DNA from: Psammoneis japonica | Lineage: Eukaryota | Assembly (NCBI GenBank): GCA_008632985.1 | Contig: QPGO01000055.1 | Span: 1 to 64,000, forward strand | Length of the DNA: 64,000 bases | Reading direction: 5' to 3' | Part shown: one piece after another, positions 35,811 to 48,858 of the stretch | How positions within the stretch are numbered: position 1 is the stretch's first letter | How the letters are laid out: each line of letters begins with the position of its first letter | Program-made: the position numbers and the translations under genes | The notes under the pieces: model-generated | Database searches by the model: none | Told to the model about the DNA's origin: nothing | Seen by the model: only the letters and a program-made list of their open reading frames with translations

Positions 35811-36316
35811 GTGACCCGTTCACGAACACTGTATGGCCTGTGTACTGAACGAGTACGACAAGAGCTGTCTGCAAGACATTTTCAATTTTGCTGACACGTT
35901 GCAACAACTCCAAGTTAACTGTACATACACGGAATAATAATTTTCACGACTACAGTAAGTACGCTGCACAACGCACTCTTAGGTACTAACTGCTGTAGCA
36001 TCTACCAGTGCTTCTCATCTTGTCATTTTTTGTTATCCAGAACCCTAACCTCTTTTTCCTTGCGCGGAAGTGCCTCAACACCTCATAAAGAAGCACAGAA
36101 GTAGTAAACAGGCAAAACGACTACCAGGTACAGCACTTCTTAGAATACACTGTCAATCCCGCTTTTTTCTTTTTGTCTCTTTTACTTTGGACCCGCCACC
36201 GCCTCCTGTCCCACAGCACTGCAACACACTCTCTACTGTAACAGAAGCTTGACGCCTTCGCAAAACTCGTCCATATTTTACGCAGTGCGAAAGAAGACGA
36301 TAGCATCCCGGCGACA

Positions 36317-38258
36317 ATGTCAGCAACTCATCGCCAGCCTGACGAGGACGGCGAGAACAACAAGAACGTAGTGAGTGCTGCTGATGGGAGAGCTGAGAGG
36401 ACGACGAGCCGAAACGCAGTGCTAGACTCGTCATCCTCCTCTTCAGAAGCTGGTCCGACACGTAGACTGTTTTTAAGTGATGACGACACTTCTTCTTTAT
36501 CGCGCCAAAAGTGTCCACCACCAGGAGCAGAGAAGGAAGGAGAACAAGAAGCGCCTGCGGCTTTCGGTTCTTCTGACAACAAGACGGACGACAATTCCTG
36601 GGGCAGCAGTGACGCAGAAACAAGAAATTCCACCACCATCACCAAAGAGTGTCAAGAAGGGCCACCTCCATTTGGCCGTGCAGAGGATGACGAGAGTAAG
36701 AAGCCAAAGGCAGTGACTGCTGAGGGAGAGAATAAGCCTGAGAAAAGAAAGAAACGAAAAGTGGTTCAGCATCCTCTGAATCAGGTCATGGAAGACGGAG
36801 AAGTAAAGGATCGATGGGACATCATGTATGATAGACTAGTCGAGTTCAAGAACAAGCACGGGCACGTGCTTGTTCCAAATCGTTACAAGGAGGACAAATC
36901 CCTCGGCTTTTGGGTTTCTACCCAGAGGAGGCAATACAAGGTGTTTGTAGCTGGTGGTGTAAGTTTCTTCTGCCTCATGTAAGTTGACTTTTCCTCTTGC
37001 TTCTTACTTACAATGAGTTTTTTTCCTTCGCTTGTTTCACATGCAGTCGTCACCAATGACTTATGAACGGGCCGCTCGTCTAGTGGAAATCAATTTCGTC
37101 TGGGAAACACAGGATCCAAGGCGTGTTCCGTGGAACATCCGGCTCAAACAACTTATTGAGTTCAAAAGACTTCACGGCCATTGCTGTGTTCCAGTGGGTT
37201 ATCCTGTAAGGATGCGAGACAAGCTATTGCTATCGTCAGCTCGTCCGCAGTCGCTTTGTTTCCTTGCCTTCGTACGAGTGTCTTACATGTTTCATGTCGT
37301 TTCTCTTTCGATCCCGCTACGCGACTATATATATATTATCGTCAACACCGCGCACGCAGCCAAATCCTAAACTCTTCAAATGGGTATCGATTCAGCGGCA
37401 AGAAAAGAAGGCGTTGGACGAGGGACGTCCATCGAAACTAGATGCAGAGAAGGTCCAAGTTCTAGAAGATCTTGGCTTTGTCTGGGCAGTTCGGCGCGGG
37501 GGTAATAGAAAGCGAAACCCCCTCCTCAGGAAAGCAGCACATCCGGGGTCCTCAGCGGTCAACAAAGTGGAAGTTCCGAGGCGCCATTGGAGCAACAATA
37601 CCGAACTGATGTTGCGCAACCAGCACCAAGTAATGGTCGTGCTACTTCAAGAGAAGGAGTCACGTCATCTTTGTCGCCGTCTGAGCATTCAAGTGCGTTG
37701 GTCGATGGTGGAGTAGCACGGCTTCCGTCGCATTTTCGTAGTTCGCGCATTGTTACGCCAGCTACTAGAGAAGAACGACAACGAAGGTTAATAATGGCGA
37801 TGGGTGTGAGGACCAGGCAGGAATCGTTGCTTCGGGAAATGGAAACAGAAATGATATTGCAACATCAACATGAGCAGGAATCGTTGCTTGCCAGGCAAAT
37901 ACAACAAATGGCTCAACCAGAATATCCTACATATATCGTTTATCCGATCCATTTGTTGCCCCTTGGGCTGCCAACAGCTGCTTCCGTGCTTCCTAGTTCG
38001 GCCCTTACACCGCGACCACGGAATAACATGATGGTGGTGCCGCAGTTATTGCCTGACATGGAAAACTTCCCAACAAGTCATCGTACAGCGCAACCCTTAA
38101 CAGTGACAAGCATGAATCGTTCAGAGCCAGCATCTTTGCTTGGACGTCACTACAGGAACCCTTCGATGCGGCACCTGCTGGGCGAATCATCCTTGCTTGA
38201 TGATGCTCAAATAACGAATCATCATTATGAGCATCCTCCTCCTCCGGAACATTACTAA
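36317..38258 (+). CDS. Helicase-associated (HA) domain protein, two HA repeats; 3' end uncertain (possible frameshift ~37550-37590)
   Basis: WDIMYDRLVEFKNKHGHVLVP..LGFWVSTQRRQY and WNIRLKQLIEFKRLHGHCCVP..KWVSIQR..LEDLGFVW. Introns 36959-37046 and 37206-37359. Confidence 0.8.
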
Positions 38259-38770
38259 GATGAAGAAGCGCTTTTTGGCATACGGGAACTTGGTCGCATC
38301 ACGAAAAGGAGGCGTCGGGGGTAATACGACCGCGTGGCTCGAAGGCGAAAACACTAAACACACGGCAAACTACACAAAGCGAGATGCTAGCTGTCGCATG
38401 TCGTGACTTTCTCCAATCACTCAATCCATTATTTTATAACTTGTATAACAACCAAGCAGTATCTTTCCAACTTAACACAGTTACCGCATTGTACCACGAT
38501 GGTGCATGAGCCAGCAATGATCAATCAAAATTGATAAAATAAAAGTTTCAAGTTGTTATTGGATAAATGCCGTGTACGGTATGGATACCGCCCATAGGAA
38601 ACATGTGCACAGCACTCGCACAGCACGGGCAGAGGCAATGTTTTCCCGCGCTTTTTGAGGTGACGTCAGTTGCTGCATCCGTCGCTAGCTAGCGCTCTCT
38701 CGTCGGAACAGAACAAATCACAACGAAAACGAATGCATCGCTCATGCAAGAGAGATAGAAGGAACTTACC

Positions 38771-40093
38771 ATGTATCTCATCTTTTCAGTCTTTTTTATA
38801 ATAGCAACTACAGTAAGGAATTCAAATGGCTTTGTGGTGACACCGAGAAAAATAGCATTCACAAGAACAACATGTTTATCGGCAGGAGCTGAAGAAGAAA
38901 CAGACCTTTGGGAGTCGCTGAGAGCAAGACAATCTGTTTTTGAGAAGAGAAAATTCGAGCTCAATCAGAAATGGAAAAATGCCGATTGCGACTCCAAGCC
39001 ACGTGTGGCGTTGTCGGATTGGGTTCGTCGTCTCGATGTTTCCGATTACCCCGTGGTGGCATGCGGAAGTGCATCCGGCACAATATTTGTAGCAAACCTG
39101 GAAACGGGTCAAGTCGTTGCACAGAGTGTGCCTAGTGAAAGTGATAATCAAGACGTGGCACAAGAGGATGTTACAGATGAGGATACGCTTCGACTCTTGT
39201 ATGGAAACTACGATGGAGGAGGCATCTTGGCCATAGCAATGCATCGCAACTTGGTTTGTTCGGCTGGACGACAAGGAGGCGTTCAAATATGGCGTCACGA
39301 CGTTGAATCTCCAGTTCTGATTTCTCAAGGAGACTTACAGGCCTTCCCAAAGACCATGGTGACTAGTCTTGAACTTTTGGATGACTTGCTGTGGGTGGCG
39401 GATGCGGAAGGTAATCTTAAGGCTTACTATCATTCGTCTCCAACAACACCATTGCCGCTACAGCGAACTGCCACGTTTTCCTACAAGTTCAATTCTACAA
39501 TAACATCTCTTTATCTACATCCTGAGGAGTCCATTGGTCTTGTAACAACCGCTATGGATGGAGTTCATGTTTTTTCGTTTGACGATGCCAAAGATTCTGA
39601 CCAAGAAGTCCCGTTGAAAGTACTTGCGTCGTGGGAGCCGCGTTTTCGAAAAGATGAGTATGCTCAGAGCGCTGTTCTTGTTCCTCGACATGATAAAGAC
39701 AACAATGAGGATGGTTGCTCTGTTGTGTGTGGAGCTAGTGACGGAACCTTACACATTCAATCCTTGAATTGGAACTGCGAAGCAAGTACTCCGGTCAACC
39801 AGACAGAGCCATTTCTCGAGGACGAGGATCAATGCCGACCAAGTCATTTGGCGGCTGTCAAGTGCATTGCGTGTCCATCACCCGAAGTCATGGTAACGGG
39901 AGGTCAAGACGGAACTCTTCGAGTTTGGGAATTGTCATCGTCAGAACCACCACGATGTCTATACCAGTTCATTGGATACAAGGTGTGGCTCGGGAGTATG
40001 TGGACCGATGGAATTCGATTAGTGTCTGACGGAAATGACAACACGGTTGTAGTTCATGACTTTGGAAAGGACGTTGATACGACTGATTTGTAG
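38771..40093 (+). CDS. WD40-repeat protein with N-terminal signal/plastid-targeting-like presequence
   Basis: SAGRQGGVQIW, TGGQDGTLRVWE, SDGNDNTVVVHDF; a hydrophobic N-terminus followed by NG-FVV and a T/R-rich transit-like segment. Confidence 0.85.
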   Translation: MYLIFSVFFIIATTVRNSNGFVVTPRKIAFTRTTCLSAGAEEETDLWESLRARQSVFEKRKFELNQKWKNADCDSKPRVALSDWVRRLDVSDYPVVACGSASGTIFVANLETGQVVAQSVPSESDNQDVAQEDVTDEDTLRLLYGNYDGGGILAIAMHRNLVCSAGRQGGVQIWRHDVESPVLISQGDLQAFPKTMVTSLELLDDLLWVADAEGNLKAYYHSSPTTPLPLQRTATFSYKFNSTITSLYLHPEESIGLVTTAMDGVHVFSFDDAKDSDQEVPLKVLASWEPRFRKDEYAQSAVLVPRHDKDNNEDGCSVVCGASDGTLHIQSLNWNCEASTPVNQTEPFLEDEDQCRPSHLAAVKCIACPSPEVMVTGGQDGTLRVWELSSSEPPRCLYQFIGYKVWLGSMWTDGIRLVSDGNDNTVVVHDFGKDVDTTDL

Positions 40094-40716
40094 AAAGAAG
40101 AGTTCCATGAAAATGAGCTTTGAGAAGAACTATCACACTGGTAGACAGGCACAATCGTGCATAGTCGGGACAGGCGATTAAGCAAAGCCATTGGACGGCA
40201 TCGATCAGTGTTACTGTCCATTAATATTTTGAGTGGATTAGAACGTGAGTCTTAAGAACCATAATGCACCAGCAATACAGAGTCAGGAGACGAGCGTCGT
40301 CGTCGTCACGATAATTTCGTGTCCTCGTCGTTGTAATGCAGCCTTCAGTTCCAGTATTGACTTAGCTACGATGATTACCCAGCGTACTTTCTTTCATGTG
40401 GTATGGCACCCCTCTAGTGTCAGTAGTTTGTGGCCTTACGATCTAAGCAAGGAAACCAATATCGAAATAAACAGTTCCATGCAAAGAAATTCACTCCTCC
40501 AGTTCGGGGGCTTTGCCAGCCCAATTTTCACGTATGAAAAAGTGGTCGAGAAGTTGGACTTCTTCCATGCATTCAAAACGTCAAAAAGACCTTGATGAAT
40601 TGCTTGGGATGACAAAAGTAGTAAGCTCCGTAGAGCTACCAACTATATAATATCTACAAAAGCGCAACAGACTGTCTAGAGAGAAACCGACCAAACTCCA
40701 TGCTCTATTAACCACA

Positions 40717-42165
40717 CTATGAGTGCATCATCGCAGTAGCAACGATGGAAGAAGTGGCTAGAATCCAGAACGATGGGGTTGCGGCACCAGCTGAGCTTTT
40801 CTGCCCACCTTTGCCGAGACTTGAAGAAAAACCGAGCCCGCCAAGAGACCTACAATAGATTGTCGGAGAAATGCAGTCGGAGGAGGTATATCCATCCCTA
40901 TCGACTTGAATTGTGCATTCATTCGAAATATCAGTTCTTGGGTAGAGAAGCTCTGAAGAATCCGTTTTCGAACAAGTGCGGTCGGAAAATTGCTTGATTC
41001 GAAGAACAGAACCCTCGCAAGCCAAGCTGACTCCTCCTGGAATGCGTTCATCGAACGTGGTTGCAAGAGAGGCACTTAAACACACTGTTGGGTCTACTGG
41101 GTAAAAAAGCTCGGTTGAATTGATTCCATCTTGACAATCTGCCAAGTCTTCGTGGAATCGAGCCCTCACAAGTGGCGCGTTGAATGCTCCTGTCGGCTCG
41201 TTGGACTTGATGCACCAGTTTGAAAGTCGAATCATTTCACGATTCCCCTCGGTGCACTGATTTGGTGGCCATTCATCCATGCATTCCTCTTTGAGTACTG
41301 TGCACGATGAATCCGAATAAGCGTTGACACAAACGGAGTCATCATTCCCGGTATATATGTAAAACGACTCGTCATTTGCAGATTCTACGCATTCGCCTTC
41401 CACATGTATGGATCGAGTTCTGAGGCATCCATTGCTCTCCATACATTCACAAATCTCGCCGCTGTTTGAAGATTCAAAAGCACTCACATAGTTTCTGTAT
41501 GTATGCCTCACATACAAGTCCAAAACTCCACCACCGTCGATCTCGTCGTAGTTCGGGCGGCTCTCACCACCGTTGCCTTCAAAAAACGTGATATCATTTT
41601 CAACCAGAGTACATTGATCCTGCTTATATCCTTCACCTTTAATATTGCTGCAGTCTGCAGTAAACCGAGCCACTGTATCTCTACAAACATCGCATGAGTT
41701 GCAAAGCCGGTCGTCCCATGTTTGCTTGCAACTGCACACATCTGAAGTGCCGTCGTTGCAGTAAAATGATTCATGACAGAGTAAGCCCACTTCGCCAGAC
41801 GTGTAGTCGACACACAGTGAAACAGATTCCAATTCCACAATGGCTTTGGTGTGGAAATCGGCGTGAACAATACCACAATTCGTACCGTCGCAGTACTCGT
41901 TGTCTGCCCGGCATGAACCAGATATACCTTGCTGTTGAAGGGACCCCGAGCATTCACAGGCAAAACTTCCAATCTGGGTGAACCAATTCTCTATGAGGAA
42001 CTTGAAACGATCGCAAACCTGTTGTGAAGTCTGGAGACGACGCTCCGCCATAACAGAGTTGGCTCCATGGAAAAAGGACTTGTCAGTCAGGGGAAATAAT
42101 GACCCGGTTGCCCCTCCTAGAGCAACCACGACGAACGCACTAAAAAGTGAGAGCAACCTCTTCAT
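40717..42165 (-). CDS. Secreted Cys-rich, probably GPI-anchored surface protein
   Basis: Signal peptide MKRLLSLFSAFVVVALGG, RRLQ propeptide site, many Cys, C-terminal SSAG..hydrophobic tail. Confidence 0.8.
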   Translation of the reverse strand: MKRLLSLFSAFVVVALGGATGSLFPLTDKSFFHGANSVMAERRLQTSQQVCDRFKFLIENWFTQIGSFACECSGSLQQQGISGSCRADNEYCDGTNCGIVHADFHTKAIVELESVSLCVDYTSGEVGLLCHESFYCNDGTSDVCSCKQTWDDRLCNSCDVCRDTVARFTADCSNIKGEGYKQDQCTLVENDITFFEGNGGESRPNYDEIDGGGVLDLYVRHTYRNYVSAFESSNSGEICECMESNGCLRTRSIHVEGECVESANDESFYIYTGNDDSVCVNAYSDSSCTVLKEECMDEWPPNQCTEGNREMIRLSNWCIKSNEPTGAFNAPLVRARFHEDLADCQDGINSTELFYPVDPTVCLSASLATTFDERIPGGVSLACEGSVLRIKQFSDRTCSKTDSSELLYPRTDISNECTIQVDRDGYTSSDCISPTIYCRSLGGLGFSSSLGKGGQKSSAGAATPSFWILATSSIVATAMMHS

Positions 42166-42559
42166 TTTTCCAGTCTTGGTCAATGTCAATCGTCCCCCTT
42201 TTCCTACACGAGGTAAACTTGAAAACAGTAGAAAGGAACTTGCGACGACAAGTATGTTCAAGTGCAAACAAAAATGAATGTTATCATCATAACCACTCTG
42301 CGGACTATGTTGTTTCGTTCGAAAACCCAACACAATACAACACAATACAAACAATCCGCGCATCTCCCAATCGTGAGCGAGACTCATGCGTTCACTCGTA
42401 CCACGTCAGCCAATCTCATATATCTCTACGTAGGCTTACAGAGGCCATGACTGAAAATATTTCAGAAACACGATATGACGTCAGGTCGATCCTCGACGGA
42501 CGGACGTGCGACAGAGCGTCAGCTTACTTCGTACTTCATACTTTGAGCTTAAGGCCCTC

Positions 42560-42760
42560 TCTACTCTAGCTAGCTATCGTGCTCTCTCTACTCGAGAGAG
42601 AGCTAGCTAGAGAGAGTAGTATCGGCAATACAAGGCTCTCAGCTCTCTAGCTACAGGTACCTACCTAATCTCTCTCTAGACAAGAGAGGGTAATCTCTAT
42701 CATAGAAGTAGCTACTAGAGTAATAACTATACCTACCGCACTCTCTCTATACTCTAGTCG
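42560..42760. repeat. CTAG/AGCT/AGAG-rich low-complexity tract
   Basis: ctctagctagctatc, gagagagagctagctagagagag, gtagctactagag. Confidence 0.75.
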
Positions 42761-43038
42761 TGTAGTACTTGCACAAGTTAATTACCTGTTAGAGGACAAC
42801 ATTATTTGTCCCTCACTCTGAACTAAAAGGGTTTGTTCTATCTTTAGAAGCCTGGTAACCCTCTGGGATTGAGCTGGCGTTTCAAGCAGTGGGCGCTGCC
42901 ATAAAACTGATTAATATTCGCAATGCCTCGTTTCAGGCCGGAAAGAGAAAACAGTAGTTGGCCTCGCGAAAAGTTGGTCAGGAATAGCGAAAGTAATACT
43001 CGCTACTATACTTAACAACAGCTCACAAGATGATGTCT

Positions 43039-45075
43039 CTAGTTTTTTGTCCACGTCTTCGTGTTGATATCGAATGCAATGTATAAATCCCACAAGGAGC
43101 GCCACAACCACTTTTCGTTGTTTGCGTGAGCGTGTCCGTCTGCATGTATTTCTTGTCCGCCGCCCTTGATCATCCATTTCTCTAAGCAAAAGGCGGCATC
43201 TGATACCATCTGCAAGGTCATGTACCCAATCAGTAGCGGTCTGATTGTGTCATCTCCATGAAACAAGTCCTTTACAAATCGATCCAATGTGACGTCAAAC
43301 GCGTTGTATGACTGCGCCAAGACCTTTTTGGTTTCGTCCGTCAAGGCGAGAAGTGCCTTTTCTTTATTCTCTGGATGCTTGACCGTCTTGAAACGCTTCG
43401 CCCAGCCGCCTTTTGAATCTTCCTCCATTCCAAGTGTATGGAAAAAGCTAAAGAGAAACTTGGTCAAAAATGCCGGTAACGGCTGCAAGGATGGCTCGCC
43501 CAAATCGAAAAACCACAGCTTGCCCCTGTTGAAAAACAAGTTGTGCAACCCCGCATCTGTGAAACCGCAAGTCCACAATCGATTCAATTTGGCATCGGCG
43601 GCAGCCTTGTTTTCTGGAACACTAGTGGCGTCTTCTAGCAGAGTTACCCAGGTATTGATCAAGCCATTGTCAAACAGTGGCGTGTCACGAGCAGGTGCAT
43701 CCAAAAAGACGTGGTTCATCTGAGCATTCCTTTGCAACAAGATGCCCAAAAAGTGCGACGGTTCGACTTCAGCATCCTGCAACACTAACTCATTCGACCT
43801 GAGTTGGATTCCCATTCGCTTGAGCTTAATGAAACGACTTTGTACGGGATGAAAGTTCTTTCGAATAGCGCCACCGACAAAGGCGTTGGCCAAGGATGAC
43901 ACACACGATGCGTCAACGTTTGAATTCGGGTGAACGAGTCGCTTCTGAATGCTCTTTAACTCCTCTGCGACTTGCTTGACACCGAGACGTTCTCGTGGCA
44001 GTGTCAGGCGTTGCAAGTTCGTAACTACCTTGACAAACTCATCGAGGAGTTGCGTCAAGAGGTTGCCCTGTGACAAGTGTCCGTTGACAAGCAAGGACGA
44101 TGCCGTTGGGGGCGATTCTCCCCCAATTCTAGTTTGTGCGCAAGTAAACTTCCACGAGTTCTCTTGTTGCACAATCAAAAGCTGCGACACCAATGCCTTC
44201 AATGCAGCATATCCATTCCCATCGAGCCCATATTGCACTGTATGAGTTATCGTATCCGATGGTTTGCCCTCATCAGGTTCTAGAGCAATGTTTATAAAGC
44301 CTGGCTCAACAGAAACTTCCGGATCGAGCGCATCATTGTCCGAGCTATCGCTGTCCACATGCTCACGACTGTAGATACAAATCGTTCTTTGTCCAAGAGG
44401 GGGTTTCTCATCCACCTTATTTTGAAGAAAGGTCCCAAAACTCTGGCTGGATTCGTTGAACTCCTTGCTCTCACCGTTGGCTTGTTGGACCCCATTTGCC
44501 TCCATAAGCTTCTTTATCATACGTTTTCCATACTTTGCATTTTGAAACTCAAACACTGCCTCTTTAATACGATCCCATAGCTCTCGGTGTCGTTCACTAA
44601 AGTGCTTTGGAGACAAATAGAGGTATTTAAACTGCGGTATGCGGCCCTTCATATCGTTCATAACGGCTTCCGAAACATGACTCTGCTGACAGCGACGTTC
44701 CAATTGATGAGCAATCGTCGCCAAGGCAAACAGCTCCTTTGTATCCTTGTAAGAACCGTGCTTCATAACAACGGTGCAATTGTCTCTGGATTGGAGCATC
44801 TCCTTGTGCTGTTCAAAGGGCAAATCTCCCTCGAACACCGTCACTCCCGACCCCCCACCAGCCAGAGATTGAACCTTCTCGAGGCCGCGAGGTGCGTAAA
44901 TATTGGGGTGCAGCTCGTGGTAGTTGTCATCGGGACAATACGTCATGAGACAACTCGAGGAGGCAGCATCCATCCACAGGAGCAATCCATAGTCGTCTGG
45001 AATACCGTTCAGAAGCAAATCCTTCGGAGCTGCATGTGCTCCTGAATCTTTGCCGTTCAAAGACGTGTAAGTCAT
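43039..45075 (-). CDS. Atypical protein-kinase-like protein
   Basis: Single long ORF with LAGGGSGVTVF, VVMKHG, TDAGLHN and FFDLGE in kinase order. Confidence 0.7.
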   Translation of the reverse strand: MTYTSLNGKDSGAHAAPKDLLLNGIPDDYGLLLWMDAASSSCLMTYCPDDNYHELHPNIYAPRGLEKVQSLAGGGSGVTVFEGDLPFEQHKEMLQSRDNCTVVMKHGSYKDTKELFALATIAHQLERRCQQSHVSEAVMNDMKGRIPQFKYLYLSPKHFSERHRELWDRIKEAVFEFQNAKYGKRMIKKLMEANGVQQANGESKEFNESSQSFGTFLQNKVDEKPPLGQRTICIYSREHVDSDSSDNDALDPEVSVEPGFINIALEPDEGKPSDTITHTVQYGLDGNGYAALKALVSQLLIVQQENSWKFTCAQTRIGGESPPTASSLLVNGHLSQGNLLTQLLDEFVKVVTNLQRLTLPRERLGVKQVAEELKSIQKRLVHPNSNVDASCVSSLANAFVGGAIRKNFHPVQSRFIKLKRMGIQLRSNELVLQDAEVEPSHFLGILLQRNAQMNHVFLDAPARDTPLFDNGLINTWVTLLEDATSVPENKAAADAKLNRLWTCGFTDAGLHNLFFNRGKLWFFDLGEPSLQPLPAFLTKFLFSFFHTLGMEEDSKGGWAKRFKTVKHPENKEKALLALTDETKKVLAQSYNAFDVTLDRFVKDLFHGDDTIRPLLIGYMTLQMVSDAAFCLEKWMIKGGGQEIHADGHAHANNEKWLWRSLWDLYIAFDINTKTWTKN

Positions 45076-45282
45076 GATTAAATTACAGGTAGAGGAACGT
45101 TCTTGGTATGAGAAGCGCAATGGCGAGAATGACTTGTCATCGCAGGAAGGAAACTGTGCGATTTGCGTTCGGTTGCGGTTTGGTCGCCTTCGCGATGACG
45201 TCACGCAGTTCAAATGAATCTTCGGAGAATCAGAACGAACCACCCTCTGCGCCTCACTTTTTACTTTTTATTATTCTTTGCT

Positions 45283-45362
45283 ACTAGGTATATTCTAGCT
45301 AAGAGATAGCTCTCTAGCTAGTAGAGGAACCTAGCTCTAGAGAGGGCCCTATTGCTCTAGCT
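45283..45362. repeat. Short CTAG/AGCT-rich tract
   Basis: ctagctaagagatagctctctagctagtagaggaacctagctctagag. Confidence 0.7.
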
Positions 45363-45455
45363 TGCAACTTGAATGTGGAGGACGCTCCAGTTTCAACACC
45401 CTTTCGATAGCTGCACACATTCAACGCAAATCCCTTAACACTCGTCAGCATTCTC

Positions 45456-48317
45456 TTAGCCGTGAGTTGTGCACTTGTTTGCGCAGCAGTCACAAGAGAC
45501 GCTGCAGTCATAAAGGATCACGGCATTCAGATCGCAAATGTCGGAGGGTATTGTTCCGACTAACTTGTTCCTGTCAATGGAAAACATAGCTAGTGGAACG
45601 ATACAATAATGCGAATGGTAGAATAAGTAAACGAGTGAGTGGTGTCCTTTTGAAAGCAAGTACCATTGCAAACATAAGAACTGACTCGTGTCAATGTTAT
45701 TTGCACACTTACACAGCTTCTTGAGTTTTTGCAAATGCGTAGGTATGGTCCCCTCAATCCGATTAATATGCAACATGAGTGTGTGTAGATTCAAGAGATT
45801 GCCAAGTTCCGTTGGGAGGAATCCAGAAAAGTCGTTGGATGACAAATTGAGAGAATACAGCTTTGTCATCTTGCCCAGCTCCGTGGGAATCGTCCCTCGT
45901 ACATTTACACCAGCAAACGACAGCGCCAAATTGGTCATTTTCAAACAATTACCAATTTCAGATGGAATCGTTCCAACCAAACCGTTCATGTTTTCGCCGG
46001 CGTCAAAGCGTTCTGTACGGTGTGTCGTCAGACGACCGACGACAGAAATCGATGGACTATTTAAGTCTGAACTCATTGAACATCATTGTATGTTGTATCG
46101 GAAGCAACGTTATCAAAAGCGAAACGTACCTAGGTTGCTGAGGAGGCCTATTTCAGTTGGGATTGTACCAACAAGATTTGTTCCGACAATGTTTACCTTG
46201 GCTGACGCGGACACGACGCAACCACGCGCATGCAGATGAGAAACGCTCACTCTGTTAACAAAGCCACAACTTAATCGAAAAACGCAAAACTCACCCAGGT
46301 TTGACAACAAGTAAAGATTGGACGGGAGCGTTCCCGTGAAGTGGTTCCTCCCAGCCATGATTTCGACTGAAATTGAATGAGAATCACGGGTAAAAGAAAG
46401 AGCAGTTACAGTATGGCGCGGAACTTTATCTTTTTCTTACCTGCTTCCTTCCATTCCAAAATAAAATCAAAAAGGGGACCACGCAACTCATTGCTTTCAA
46501 ACGAAACGTACTCTTTGGTTATCAAGGAACGAACGAGGTAAAATACCAGACAAGGTTAGACGCGATTATTAGGTGCACGAAATGTCGGGAGACGAAGAAT
46601 CAACCTACTCAAGCTTGTCAAATCTTTCATCACTTCCGGTAGAGTGCCAGAAACAAGATTGCCGTCCATGTTTAGCGATTCTGTTGGAAGAACGAGGAAG
46701 GGGTTGAGATTGCTACGACTGCCTATGTAAAGTGATCGCAAGGAGAGAAAGCACATGCGAAAATCAAACTTACCCAAGCTTGTCAGATGCCCAATTCGTG
46801 TACTGATTGTAGAAGTAAACTCGTTGAACTGGAAATGAAATGTCCCTGAAATAGACAAGTGGTAAAGGGTGGTTTGAGTAACGGGGACAACGTTAGAATT
46901 TGGTGCGCCCTTTTTCGAAGTCGTGAAACTTACGGAGTTGTGTCAATTGAGAAACGTGAAGAGGTACCGTGCCCTCCAAGCGGTTTTTATCAATGAAGAG
47001 TTGCTCTACGTAGGAATACATATTTTTGAGAACCGAGAGATAACAAGATCATGACGAGAACGAAAAAGATTCTTGGACGTTCACAACTTTAACAGCATAC
47101 GGTAGAACGCGTTACGTACCGAGGTTCGTCATATTTCCAATCTCTTGGGGAACGTAACCAACCATGGAAACAGCGGAGAGGTCCAAAACATTAACTTGTT
47201 TGAATTCGGTACACCGCACTCCTCCCCATTCGCATTCATGAATCGTCTTTAGTGATGTCCAGACCGGGTTGATCCTTCTCCAGTTATCTCCACCGCAGGC
47301 AAAAGAGAGGACCAAGAGGATGTACCTTTGGAGAGGAAATGTGATCTCGTCATCGTAACTATCTCGTAGCATGTCTTCGTAGACAAGCCAATTCAGAGCT
47401 TGCGACTGTGGAGAGGTAGGGTCAAACAGATCTTGGCTACGGGATGTCCCAGTTTCAACCAATGAATTTCTCCATTCGACCTTGAGAGCGTCACGATCGA
47501 TGGAGTGCTTGTCGTCCTGATTCGGACTACTCTTGTCCAATCCGTCATCCTTACTATCTTTGACAAAGACGAATACCACTGCACCTATGGCTCCCAAAAG
47601 AGCTAGGACGCATGCACAAATTATAGCCAAGTGGTGTTTTCTGCGGAATTTCACACCGTCGTTGTGTGATTCTTCTTGCGGCTTTGTTCTTTCTGAGACA
47701 TGCTCTTGTCGATCTTGCTGGGCCTCTTCTTGATCCACGATACTGCCATTATAGCTTGACCGTCCATCTGGCGCATATAATACTTGTTGGGACCGCCAAA
47801 AGGACGACGCGGTTTCAAAAATAGGAAGTCCAGTATCCGCAACAAGCTCAGAGGACGAAGACGCTGAGGATGAGCAGTAATCCTCACTCTCGTGGTCACA
47901 ACCGCCGGGAGAACCATGATCAACATGATCTTCTTGGTCGAAGCTCTCAATCCCGATGTCAACGTCCGCTTCCTCCTCTCGACTCGAAAATGAGCAACTA
48001 CTGTGGACTAACGAGTTCCTTTCGTCGAAACTATTTGTAGCATCATTGTCGTTAACTCCAAGAATTTCCTCTTCCATGTGATCATTACAGCATGATGTTA
48101 CTGTTACAACATCTGGAAGATGAGAATCTATTGGATGAGATCGATGCTGCTGTTTTTCAGATCCTTCGTAAGACGACGAGGAAAAACTGGTATACGTCGA
48201 TAATGCGTTTTCCTCATCACTATCCTCATCTTTTGGGTACGAAGCGGATGCCTTTTCTCCTTCAAGCTCCTGACCCTCATCTTCCTCGAATGTATTTCCA
48301 TTTTGAGCTGTTGACAT
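45456..48317 (-). CDS. Type-II TM leucine-rich-repeat protein (diatom LRR family), many small exons
   Basis: Acidic N-terminus, a TM, SPQSQALNWL..QRYIL..ECEWGGVRC cap, repeated GTIPTELG/GTIPSEIG LRRs split by GT-AG introns, and a terminal CDCC. Confidence 0.88.
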
Positions 48318-48858
48318 TGCGCAAATGTTGATTTTGGCACTCAGTCATTCGATCCCTTGATGGTTGCCTCTGGTATTTCTTTTGTTTCCCATTTTGCTTC
48401 TCCTATCTGCCACTTCGTCCTGTTGTTCCATGCGCCTGCATCCAAGAAGTTAGATTTTGTGGACGATTTTATTGAACTCTGATGAATTGCTCAATAGTTG
48501 CCACCTCTTTGAAGATGCTACATACATTTATGTTAAATTAAACGGTTTTATTTATGGTCAGTCTTATTTTACTTAAGGTCAATATCGAGACTATGTCGCA
48601 GAGATGGCAACTAAAAATATCGCAAACTCTGTCTGCCTGTCACCCGCGCCGCAGCGGTGACGCACGGAACGACACAAAACTCGCAAAACTCCCTCCAACT
48701 TGAACACCAAACCAAAACACCACACATCACCGCCGCGTCGAAGAATAATAGAGTTGTTCTTTGTTCTCTATCTCTCGGTGTTTGTTGTGGGCTATCTTCA
48801 CAAGAAGCAACAGGTCGATTGGCGCATACGGTAAACCAGACTTTCTAATTTTCCCATT

